Origin: an uncultured archaeon
GTDB lineage: Archaea; Iainarchaeota; Iainarchaeia; Iainarchaeales; VGJJ01
Length of the DNA: 48,571 nt
Assembly (NCBI GenBank): GCA_964372665.1
Contig: CAYJRE010000002.1
Location: 768-49,338, forward strand
Reading direction: 5' to 3'
The notes beneath the pieces are model-generated. The model was not told the DNA's origin. It saw only the letters and a program-made list of their open reading frames with translations, and searched no databases. The position numbers and the translations under genes are program-made. Shown one piece after another: positions 29,923-38,273 of the stretch. Position 1 is the first letter of the stretch. Each line of letters starts with the position of its first letter.

Positions 29923-30581
29923 GCGTAGATCCGAGCATGAACTCCACCCTTATTTCCATTGGTGCCGAAGCAGTTATTATCCAAAAGAAAAAAATGTTGG
30001 GAGAAACCGTCATCCAAAAGCAACGGATTCCCAAAACCTATCGACATCCTTCTTTAGATTTGCGCTTGCGAAAAGAACGTACGATTCATGAAGCCAAGCT
30101 CCTCTATCAAGCCAAAAAATGGGGAATCCCAACACCCACCCTATTGGGTGTCACCCTTCCCGACTATTCGATTTACATGGAGTACGTCCAAGCCCCCCGC
30201 TTGAAACACGTTTTGTTGGATTCCAGAACCAAGAAAGAGGAAAAGGTGCGTTTGTGCACCGAATTCGGAAAGATGATTGGAATCCTCCATCAGAACGAAC
30301 TCGTGCACGGAGATTTGACAACGAGCAACGTGCTAATAAGGAAAAACAAAAAGACGAAAATAAATGAACTCGTACTGATTGATTTCGGCTTGTCCTTTTA
30401 CTCCAAAAAAATAGAGGATCATGCGGTGGATTTGGTTAACCTCAAAAAAACATTCACCGCCACGCATTCGGACTTCGAAGAAGGGTGGAAAGCGATTCAA
30501 GAATCATACATTCAAAATGGGGGGAAAAAAGAAACATTGAAACAAATGGAGGAAGTGGAGAGTAGGATTAGGTATGCGTAG
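29913..30581 (+). CDS. bud32: KEOPS kinase/ATPase Bud32
   Basis: GAEA, KTYRHP, HGDLTTSN, IDFGL, EDHAVDL, terminal RIRY; start may be 29937. Confidence 0.96.
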   Translation: MRVSVDPSMNSTLISIGAEAVIIQKKKMLGETVIQKQRIPKTYRHPSLDLRLRKERTIHEAKLLYQAKKWGIPTPTLLGVTLPDYSIYMEYVQAPRLKHVLLDSRTKKEEKVRLCTEFGKMIGILHQNELVHGDLTTSNVLIRKNKKTKINELVLIDFGLSFYSKKIEDHAVDLVNLKKTFTATHSDFEEGWKAIQESYIQNGGKKETLKQMEEVESRIRYA

Positions 30582-30616
30582 TTTTTGGTCGAGCTTTTTG
30601 CTTGCAAAAAGGTCGA
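30582..30616 (+). repeat. REP-like hairpin, copy 5
   Basis: TTTTTGG-TCGAGCTTTTTGC-TT-GCAAAAAGGTCGA. Confidence 0.6.
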
Positions 30617-30678
30617 TGGAAAGCCGAATCCGGTATGCCTACTATTTCCCCTCCTGTGCAATTTATTCGACCTTGTCC

Positions 30679-31170
30679 TCAATCTCCAAAATGTAGCCGG
30701 TTCATAATGCGATAGATCTCATTATCGTTGTACCTAATCATTCGGTTAAACGTCCCGACAAATCGTTTGTATCTTCTTTTACCGAGAATTCGTTCAATTG
30801 AAATAAAAGTGGCTTCTTTCATTTTAGGGGTTGGATTAGCAGACATGCGCATTAATTTAATATGAATGGTTTTTCGTTGGTCAGGACTGAAAACTCCTGC
30901 GGCTGTAAGCGCTCGCTGAGTGGCCATCGCGTATCCAATCTGCTTTATTTCCCAATCCAGTTGCTGAAATCTTTTCTCCGCATGCGTCGCCACATTCGCG
31001 TTTCCTTCAGCCGTTGCTCTCCGATAAATATCCCCTTCTTCCAGCAACTCAGACAATAACGTTTCGAACGTGTTCTTGATTTGAGTAGAGGAAAGCGGTT
31101 TTTTGGCTCGCCGCGTGACTCGATATGCCTGCCTCGCCTTTTGGAGACGCCGCAGGATTTTTTGGGGCAT
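30679..31170 (-). CDS. Basic helical orphan protein
   Basis: Starts MPQKILRRLQKARQAYRVTRRAKKP; R/K-rich; fills the bud32-rps15 gap. Confidence 0.6.
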   Translation of the reverse strand: MPQKILRRLQKARQAYRVTRRAKKPLSSTQIKNTFETLLSELLEEGDIYRRATAEGNANVATHAEKRFQQLDWEIKQIGYAMATQRALTAAGVFSPDQRKTIHIKLMRMSANPTPKMKEATFISIERILGKRRYKRFVGTFNRMIRYNDNEIYRIMNRLHFGD

Positions 31171-31292
31171 TAAATTTGACCGCTCTTTTGCTTTTTGATG
31201 GTGCCACCCCAAGAACCTATTTAAACCTTCTCCAGTGAGACTTGCTTATCTTGGTTTTATTCCAAGCTGGGTGCGCTCCTGAGCCTTTTAGG

Positions 31293-31350
31293 AAACCTTT
31301 TGAAAAAAGGTTTATCAAAAGGTTTTCGCCAGCCTTTTCTAAAAAGGCTG
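31293..31350. repeat. Two oppositely oriented REP-like hairpins (copies 6 and 7)
   Basis: Minus: TTTTGAT-AAACCTTTT-TTC-AAAAGGTTT; plus: TTTTCGC-CAGCCTTTT-CTA-AAAAGGCTG. Confidence 0.65.
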
Positions 31351-31450
31351 AAAGGCTCGCGAAAAAGCTTCGCGAAAGACGCATTCGGTGACCAAACCCT
31401 TTGAAGGGGGGGTTGGTTTCAGCGGTGGTTTTCAAAAAGGGGAAAATAGA

Positions 31451-31864
31451 ATGGCAACCAAAGAAAACAAGCAAGGGCAATGGGTCGACTACAAACCGGA
31501 AGAGATAGAAGGGCTCATCGCCAATTTGTCTAATCAGGGAAACACACCCAGCCAAATTGGGGCGGTGCTGCGCGACCAGTATGGGGTTCCCAACGTCAAG
31601 AGCATTACCCAAAAACGAATCAACACCATTCTGAAGGAACGAAAACTGGTTTCCGAAATCCCCGAAGATCTGCTCAATCTAATCGAGAAAAGCGTCGCCA
31701 TACAAAAACACATGACTCAAAACAAGAAAGATTATTCTGCCCAACGCGGGTATCGGATCACCGTATCAAAAATTAGGAGACTCGCCCACTATTACGAGGA
31801 GAAGGGAAAATTGCCCAGTGGATGGAAATACACGCGCGAGACAGCCGCATTGCTGGTGAAGTAA
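31451..31864 (+). CDS. rps15: 30S ribosomal protein S15 (uS15/S13e)
   Basis: PSQIGAVLRDQYGVP, IPEDLLNLI, SKIRRLAHYY, LPSGWKY. Confidence 0.96.
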   Translation: MATKENKQGQWVDYKPEEIEGLIANLSNQGNTPSQIGAVLRDQYGVPNVKSITQKRINTILKERKLVSEIPEDLLNLIEKSVAIQKHMTQNKKDYSAQRGYRITVSKIRRLAHYYEEKGKLPSGWKYTRETAALLVK

Positions 31865-31886
31865 ATGGAGAAAGAAGGTTAACGCT

Positions 31887-32516
31887 ATGGCCAACATTAT
31901 TGAGGAAACAACTCCAAAAAAGGAAACCGGGGCCCCTGTCAAAGCACGAAAACGAAAGGGCGTCGACAAATGGAAGAACAAAAAATGGTTTCATGTTTTA
32001 GCTCCGGCCACGTTCAACAACACGATCATCGCCCAAACACCCGGAGAAGAGGCGGAAAGCATCATTAACCGAACCATTTTCGTCTCCGGTCGAGAACTAA
32101 CCGGCAACATCAAGAAAAGCCAACTCATGCTGCTCTTTCGCATCATTCAGGTTCAAGGGTTGAATGCCTATACCTCCTTCGATGGAATCGAAGCCCAACC
32201 TTCCTCGATTCGAAGATTGGTTCGGAGACGATCTTCCAAAATAGAGTCGGTGGATGATGTGGTATGCAAAGACAATACGGCCGCCCGCATCAAGACGATT
32301 GCGTTGGCCGCCGGCAAGATTTCAGCGCCTAAACGTACCGCCATCCGCCAAATTCTAAAGAGAGAAATCGTGGAATTAGCTCGCCAGCATGAATACGAAA
32401 GCCTGCTCAGTCACTTGGTGGCTACCGACGTCGGAAGCCCCATTTTAGCCAAAGTAAAGAAAATCTCTCCCATGAAACGAGTAGACATCCTAAAAGTCAC
32501 CAAGCGCGCGAAATAA
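31887..32516 (+). CDS. rps3ae: 30S ribosomal protein S3Ae (eS1)
   Basis: DKWKNKKWFHVLAP, LVRRRSSKIE, KISPMKRVDILK. Confidence 0.95.
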   Translation: MANIIEETTPKKETGAPVKARKRKGVDKWKNKKWFHVLAPATFNNTIIAQTPGEEAESIINRTIFVSGRELTGNIKKSQLMLLFRIIQVQGLNAYTSFDGIEAQPSSIRRLVRRRSSKIESVDDVVCKDNTAARIKTIALAAGKISAPKRTAIRQILKREIVELARQHEYESLLSHLVATDVGSPILAKVKKISPMKRVDILKVTKRAK

Positions 32517-32540
32517 AAAAAAAGCCTGGTCGAATCATTC

Positions 32541-33215
32541 ATGCTCACCGAAGAATGGTTGGTAGTCGGAGTTGCCCTGGCATTCATATTCGTTCTTTCC
32601 ACTTGGAAAAAATTATTGGATCCTATCGGGGTTTTAGCCGGATTTACTGCATCGATTTACGTGGCCTCGCGCGGAGGGTTGGGTTCATTCTTTGCCCTCA
32701 TCCTTTTCTTTTTGATTGGAGAGTTTATCACACGCATCACTCGAAAATACTATCATCGCAAAGAGCACGGCCAACGCTCCATTGTGAATATTGTGGGCAA
32801 CATTGGTCCTGCGCTCATTGCACTAACCATTAACCCTACTCCTTTCAACGTGATGTTTTTTGCTTCTCTCTCGGCCGCGTTTTCGGATACTTTATCCAGC
32901 GAAATAGGGGTGTTATCGCGTGAAAAACCACTGCTAATCACCACGTTCAAACCTGCTGCCCCCGGAGAGGATGGAGCGGTTTCCGTATTGGGATTTATGG
33001 CAGCTGCAACCGGGGGTCTCCTATTTGGAGTATTAGGCTATATCGTCACCGGGAAATTGGAATGGGGGGCCTTGCTCACGCTTGCGGGGCTAATTGGAAC
33101 GATGGTTGATAGCCTCCTCGGGGCCACGCTCCAACGCCAAGGATTCTTGGACAACAACTCAACCAATTTTGTGGCCGCCTTTTTGGTTGGATTGTTTTTT
33201 GCCGTACTGTTTTAG
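32541..33215 (+). CDS. DUF92/TMEM19 family membrane protein
   Basis: RS..NIVGN, SDTLSSEIG, LITTFKP..PGEDGAVS..G, DSLLGATLQ, NNSTNF. Confidence 0.9.
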   Translation: MLTEEWLVVGVALAFIFVLSTWKKLLDPIGVLAGFTASIYVASRGGLGSFFALILFFLIGEFITRITRKYYHRKEHGQRSIVNIVGNIGPALIALTINPTPFNVMFFASLSAAFSDTLSSEIGVLSREKPLLITTFKPAAPGEDGAVSVLGFMAAATGGLLFGVLGYIVTGKLEWGALLTLAGLIGTMVDSLLGATLQRQGFLDNNSTNFVAAFLVGLFFAVLF

Positions 33216-33217
33216 TC

Positions 33218-34261
33218 CTACTTGGCGAAAAGCCCATTATTCGAAGACGAAACAGGACTTGTCCACGCAGCCTTCAACCCTTTTCCAAACTCAACACCTG
33301 CGGAAAAGAGAAAGTCTCGTAGTGTAAAGGGTTTTTCCAAATAGGGAATGAGCGTGGGTTCTCCTTGGATTCCCCCTAATTCCACCGCTTTTTTGATCGC
33401 TGCTTCACGGGTTCCCAGTTCATCAATCAATCCAATTTCCATGGCCTGCTTTCCCGACAAAATTCTCCCGTCCAACACCGGCTCAAACTTTGTTCTATCG
33501 AGTTTTTCTCCACGAAATGATATCAAATCGCTTTTGAAGGCTTCAAAGGCCTGCTCCACCAACAATTGGAATATTTGTTTTTCTTCTGGTGTCAATTCAT
33601 CAAACGGGGAACCGGCGTCCTTCAGATTTCCGGTTTTGATAGACTCTACCTTCACTCCTATTTTTTCAAACAAATCCTTCACATTGGGTTGAACGGAAAT
33701 CACGCCAATGCTCCCCGTAATCGAATCCGCGTCCGCCATCACGTAATCGGTGGCGGAAGCCGCATAATATGCGCCACTCGCTCCCACTTCTCCAATCCAA
33801 CTCACGGTCGGCTTTTCTATTTCTCGGAGTTTAGCCACGATCTGTTTGCTCGATACTACACTGCCTCCCCCCGATTCGATGTCCAAAAAAATGACTCGAA
33901 CCGATTCATCATTCTCAGCTTCTTCTAATGCGTTCACCACATCCTGAAACCCGATCGAATCAGAGCCCGTGGAGGAAGATATTTCCCCCTTCAGCGGGAT
34001 GACTGCAATTCCCCCTCCCGAAGGCCAGAAACCCGCACTTTTCCCGCTCGGAAGTTGGGGTCCCACCACCAAAAAGAGAATGACGTAAAACAAAAGCAAC
34101 CCCGCTAAACCCAACACGAGCCAATCACGCATCCCCCGATCCGGTCTCCGAACCGGTAACGGGTCCGATCGCGGCTCGTCTTCCTGCCACGGCGTAATAT
34201 GGGGATCCTTTTCGGGATTGACTTTGGGCAATCCACTGGATTGGGGGGGAACTCCACGCAT
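33218..34261 (-). CDS. sppA: Signal peptide peptidase SppA (S49)
   Basis: IESGGG, GASGAYY, ITGSIGV, LKDAGSP, DGRILSGKQA..GLIDELG; one TM. Confidence 0.93.
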   Translation of the reverse strand: MRGVPPQSSGLPKVNPEKDPHITPWQEDEPRSDPLPVRRPDRGMRDWLVLGLAGLLLFYVILFLVVGPQLPSGKSAGFWPSGGGIAVIPLKGEISSSTGSDSIGFQDVVNALEEAENDESVRVIFLDIESGGGSVVSSKQIVAKLREIEKPTVSWIGEVGASGAYYAASATDYVMADADSITGSIGVISVQPNVKDLFEKIGVKVESIKTGNLKDAGSPFDELTPEEKQIFQLLVEQAFEAFKSDLISFRGEKLDRTKFEPVLDGRILSGKQAMEIGLIDELGTREAAIKKAVELGGIQGEPTLIPYLEKPFTLRDFLFSAGVEFGKGLKAAWTSPVSSSNNGLFAK

Positions 34262-34349
34262 GAACAACCCTCATTATCCACCTTAGGAAAGGCTACTACT
34301 ACTCCCTCACCCTATTCCTTTTAATGAGGTGTTTTGGTCCGTAATCCGT

Positions 34350-34862
34350 ATGGACCCCTTGTGGCTGTATCTGACCTTTACGGCAATTCCCCTCTACACG
34401 GCGAACGCCTCCGCCATGTTATTTGGCGGAAAGACCCCTATTGACAGAGGCAGAATCCTGTGGGATGGGCAACCCTTGCTTGGAAAAGGAAAAACATGGA
34501 AAGGAACCGGGATGGGAATCATCATTGGCACGATCTCCGGAATGATCATTCAATACTTTTTTCCCGCGCTCGTCCATTCGCTGACCCCCAATTATCTGTT
34601 GTATACGTTCCTCCTCTCCACCGGAGCATTATTAGGAGACATGGTGGGAAGTTTCATCAAGCGGAGGATGAAACTCAAACCCGGACAACCCGCTCACATC
34701 CTGGACCAACTGGATTTTGTTGTCGGAGGGCTTGTGTTGGGGGTGGGGGTGCTCGTCCCCAATCTCACGGGAATGCTTCTCCTCATCATGATTACCCCCT
34801 TCGTGCACCTGGCATTCAACCGCTTCGCGTACATCATCAAAATAAAGAGCGTTCCCTGGTGA
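34350..34862 (+). CDS. carS: CDP-archaeol synthase (DUF46)
   Basis: PLYTAN, PIDRG, LLGKGKTWKG, GALLGDMVGSFIKRR, LDQLDF, terminal KSVPW. Confidence 0.93.
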   Translation: MDPLWLYLTFTAIPLYTANASAMLFGGKTPIDRGRILWDGQPLLGKGKTWKGTGMGIIIGTISGMIIQYFFPALVHSLTPNYLLYTFLLSTGALLGDMVGSFIKRRMKLKPGQPAHILDQLDFVVGGLVLGVGVLVPNLTGMLLLIMITPFVHLAFNRFAYIIKIKSVPW

Positions 34863-34866
34863 AGAG

Positions 34867-35391
34867 ATGGAATCCTTCCTCCAACAAAAGACCGTCCGGC
34901 GATTCATTTTGCGTTTTTTTTCCATTTTTTTGATGAGCCAGCTCATTCTCTGGTATATTCCAATCTACCCCCTCCAGGCATGGCTCGCCGGACACGTGAG
35001 TACGATCACCCGCATTCCCAATAACGGCATTTTTTTTGTTGTGGGAAGCGGAATATTCGAAGTCACCCCTTTTTGCGCGGGAATCACGAGCATCGCTCTA
35101 TTGGTGGGCCTGCTTTTCGGCTTCAACTATCCCGCTCCTAACCAAAAAATAATTTTCTTGATTGCGGGGGGAATCGGACTATTCCTCCTCAACATTTTCA
35201 GGATCGCACTCGTGATATGGGTGGGGAGCTCGACCCAAAACCTTTCGTTGGCCGAACACTTGCACACCCTCACTTGGTTCGTCCTGAGCGGAATCATCCT
35301 GGGAACATGGTATTTGGTCCTCCGTCGCCTTTCGCATGCCCGGAACAATGAAGCACTTGCCCGATTATTAATGGGCGAGCGCTCGAAATAG
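34867..35391 (+). CDS. Exosortase/archaeosortase-family protein
   Basis: Catalytic-type Cys in EVTPFCAG, Arg in NIFRI, His in HLH; multiple TMs. Confidence 0.75.
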   Translation: MESFLQQKTVRRFILRFFSIFLMSQLILWYIPIYPLQAWLAGHVSTITRIPNNGIFFVVGSGIFEVTPFCAGITSIALLVGLLFGFNYPAPNQKIIFLIAGGIGLFLLNIFRIALVIWVGSSTQNLSLAEHLHTLTWFVLSGIILGTWYLVLRRLSHARNNEALARLLMGERSK

Positions 35392-35393
35392 CA

Positions 35394-37091
35394 TTATTCT
35401 TTTTCTTGCGCTTCTTCGGTCCTGGCTTTTGGGATCAAGATGACCTTGATTATTTCTTGGAATGCGGGCCGTGAAATCAGCACACCAAGCAATACGCCCG
35501 CAATCGTGGTCAACGCAAACCCACTGAGTTTTCCAATCCCACTTCCCAAAATAACGAGGGGAAGCATGGCCGCGATTCCGGTAGAAGCCGCAGCCGCGAC
35601 GATGAAGAACGCACGCTTGGCCCGCGTAGCCCACCCTTTCTCATCATGCGCGCCCTCTTCCTCTCCCTGATGCAATATCTCATCCGTCATGATGACTTCG
35701 GAATCGACTCCCGTCCCGACCGCAGCCAATATTCCGGCCATGGACGCAAGATCGAGATTCCATTTGGCGATGGCCGCAAAACCGAGAATCATGATGACTT
35801 CCGAAATACCAAAAACGCTCAAGGGACCGAGCAACCGGAGTTTGCGATAGCGGACGAAAATGATTATTTCCACCACAATAAATGAAAGAATTCCCATCAA
35901 CCACACATTGGAAAGGAATTGCAATCCCAACTCCGCGGAAACCGTCTGCTTGTTGATGGAAATGATGGGGATGGGCAACGCCCCACTCTTCAACAGAATC
36001 TTCAAGTTGTCCAACCTTTCTTTGGCGGTCTTGGCATCGGGAGCGCCCCCCTGGATAACCAAAAACTGCTGAGGCTTGGCATCCTCCACGCTTGAAATGA
36101 ACGGATTGTCCCCCGTGACGCCGGGGGAGAGGGCAATGGCATCCCGCAAGCCGGAAACATTCGCGATCCACGGATTGAAGGGATCCTCATCCACTTTGGC
36201 TATTTCCAACGACGTATTGGCACGAATTGCATCTAGCGCGCTCTCGCTGATCGAAGAAGGGACAATCACTGTTTTCACTTTTTCAGGCGGGGCGCTCAAC
36301 AACGCTATTTGGTCGGCCGTCAGTCCCCCATTTCCATCCAGCTCGATCAAATGCAGATCGGCGTTCTCCAGGATGTCAAAAATAGCAATGTCCGAAGGCA
36401 ATTGAAGGCTCGTTGCGGTCGAAAGCTTGGCGTTGTCCGAAAAGCGGACTTCTTCGGGATAGACCACGATTGCATTCGAGGGGCGGTCGATGAAAAAATA
36501 AGTGAATGCACAATCGTACTCGGGTTGGTTGTCCGTGAAACCGGTTTGGCGACACTGATGGAATGCGGCTTGGGTAAAATCGCGTGCGGCCGTATCATTC
36601 AGCAAGAAGGGAAGCGTCCATTGGTATGAGTCCCCGACTCCAGTGGGGTGCGCGCCATACCCCTGCTGCGCACTCTCCACCACCTGCACGATTTGGCTCC
36701 CGTCAAAAATGAGTTTTCCATTCAAAAAGGACTCGAATCGGCCTTGCTTGAGCAATAATTCTTGGAGCTTGGCCACTTCTTCTGCATCTGTTTCCGCCAC
36801 CTGCGCCAAAATAATGGAATTTCCCGTATTCGATACCGAGACATCCTTGATCCCCGTAGGGTTCAACCTTTTTTCGACGATTTGTTTGACGTCGCTCAAT
36901 TGCTGCGTGGTCGCAGGCTCGGCCAACTGCAATTGGAAAAGGGTCCCACCAGAAAACTCGCTTCCCAATTTGAGATTGTGGCCAATCCCATTCGAATCGA
37001 TCTTGATTACGGCAAACAAACTCACGATGATGAATAGTGCCCAGAGCCAGAGCTTCCAATTGGTCCAAAGTTCCTTGGTCGCGTTGCTCAT
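35394..37091 (-). CDS. secD: Protein translocase subunit SecD
   Basis: LKLGSEFSGGT, LKSGALP, VSAELG, LDLASMAGILAAVGTGVD; ATGA overlap with secF. Confidence 0.92.
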   Translation of the reverse strand: MSNATKELWTNWKLWLWALFIIVSLFAVIKIDSNGIGHNLKLGSEFSGGTLFQLQLAEPATTQQLSDVKQIVEKRLNPTGIKDVSVSNTGNSIILAQVAETDAEEVAKLQELLLKQGRFESFLNGKLIFDGSQIVQVVESAQQGYGAHPTGVGDSYQWTLPFLLNDTAARDFTQAAFHQCRQTGFTDNQPEYDCAFTYFFIDRPSNAIVVYPEEVRFSDNAKLSTATSLQLPSDIAIFDILENADLHLIELDGNGGLTADQIALLSAPPEKVKTVIVPSSISESALDAIRANTSLEIAKVDEDPFNPWIANVSGLRDAIALSPGVTGDNPFISSVEDAKPQQFLVIQGGAPDAKTAKERLDNLKILLKSGALPIPIISINKQTVSAELGLQFLSNVWLMGILSFIVVEIIIFVRYRKLRLLGPLSVFGISEVIMILGFAAIAKWNLDLASMAGILAAVGTGVDSEVIMTDEILHQGEEEGAHDEKGWATRAKRAFFIVAAAASTGIAAMLPLVILGSGIGKLSGFALTTIAGVLLGVLISRPAFQEIIKVILIPKARTEEAQEKE

Positions 37092-38155
37092 GATTGACCA
37101 CTCTCTATTTTCCCATGCCTTCTTTCCCAATACCACAACAGAATAGGCACATTCGTGAACCACGTGGCGACCAAATCTCCCAACAAACCGAAAAAGATGG
37201 TGGCGGCGATCTCATAAATCGTGGTGATTTGAGCCGTGTAGGAGACGAAGAGCATCACGAGCGTGGCACCCATCAATGTCGCCGTGACAGTGAGTCCTGT
37301 GATGAGCGTATCATTCGAGCGCTCCAACACCGATTTGTCTTTCCTCTTGAGCACACGCGTCGTGAGCAAAATATCCGTGTCCACCGAGTATCCCACCATC
37401 ATGAGCAACCCCGCAACAGTAGAAAGAGTAATGGAAAAACCGAACAATGTCAATAGCGCCACGGCCGTGAGCATATCAAACAACGCCGCCTCCACTACCG
37501 CCAAGGAAGGGATCAACTCCCTGAAAAAAATGAAGATGGCCGCGCTCAACAATAGAATGGAAACGATCGCCACAAATATCGTATTGGCCAAAAAGCTCGC
37601 TCCAAACGTGGGAGTGACTTGCTCGATGGCGAATTGCGTATTGCTCGGCAACCCAAACCGAGAGATGAGTTGCGTACGCACGCTGTTGGAAATTTTTTCA
37701 CTTTCCGTGTTCACGGCTTGCGCGGTCTGCACGAGCAAGGAATCCGCGTCCTTGCCCGAGTCAAACGTCCCATTCAACTTGGTCAGCGCTTCCCCCAGCA
37801 TGCGTTTGGCACTCGCAGGGTCTTTTTCTTTCACTTCTGCCGCCCTTTCCAGCAATGAGCGCGCATCCGACAAGAACTTGGGCTCCGCATACTCTATCCG
37901 CGCGCTCGAACCAAAGGGCCCGGTCACGATGCTCACCTTCGCATCAGGCAATCCCAAGTCTTTGGTCAACAGATTCACGACCGGCTTCTCCTGCAGTTTT
38001 TCGGTGCTGACGATGATTCGCGTCCCGCCCACGAAATCCAAACCCAAAGTGATTCCGGGAGAGATGAAAAGGATGAAGAGGAAAATGAGGGTCAGGATGG
38101 CGGGAACCAGCACCAAGCGCCGATAATGAGAATCATAAAGTTTGATGGAAAACAC
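37088..38155 (-). CDS. secF: Protein translocase subunit SecF
   Basis: LGLDFVGGT, VTPTFG, GYSVDTDILLTTRVL; start uncertain (GTG 38155; ORF open to 38194). Confidence 0.92.
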   Translation of the reverse strand: MFSIKLYDSHYRRLVLVPAILTLIFLFILFISPGITLGLDFVGGTRIIVSTEKLQEKPVVNLLTKDLGLPDAKVSIVTGPFGSSARIEYAEPKFLSDARSLLERAAEVKEKDPASAKRMLGEALTKLNGTFDSGKDADSLLVQTAQAVNTESEKISNSVRTQLISRFGLPSNTQFAIEQVTPTFGASFLANTIFVAIVSILLLSAAIFIFFRELIPSLAVVEAALFDMLTAVALLTLFGFSITLSTVAGLLMMVGYSVDTDILLTTRVLKRKDKSVLERSNDTLITGLTVTATLMGATLVMLFVSYTAQITTIYEIAATIFFGLLGDLVATWFTNVPILLWYWERRHGKIESGQS

Positions 38156-38273
38156 AGGATCCCACTCACAGTTCTTTGATAAACCATGGCACACAAAAGG
38201 CTTTTAATAATGGGTTTTGGAGAAGAGAACCCGCAGATGTTTCCATTATAAACCATTTTTCTCGAAATCTATT

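Noticed and set aside
31260..31440. tRNA, SRP RNA or RNase P RNA
   Set aside because: No cloverleaf with a T-loop GTTCRA and no recognisable SRP or RNase P conserved motifs.
37263..38126. Long alternative ORFs (e.g. 37263-38126, 15768-16595, 40945-41736, 27367-28071, 47988-48548)
   Set aside because: Antisense or off-frame shadows of well-supported genes, with no recognisable motifs.
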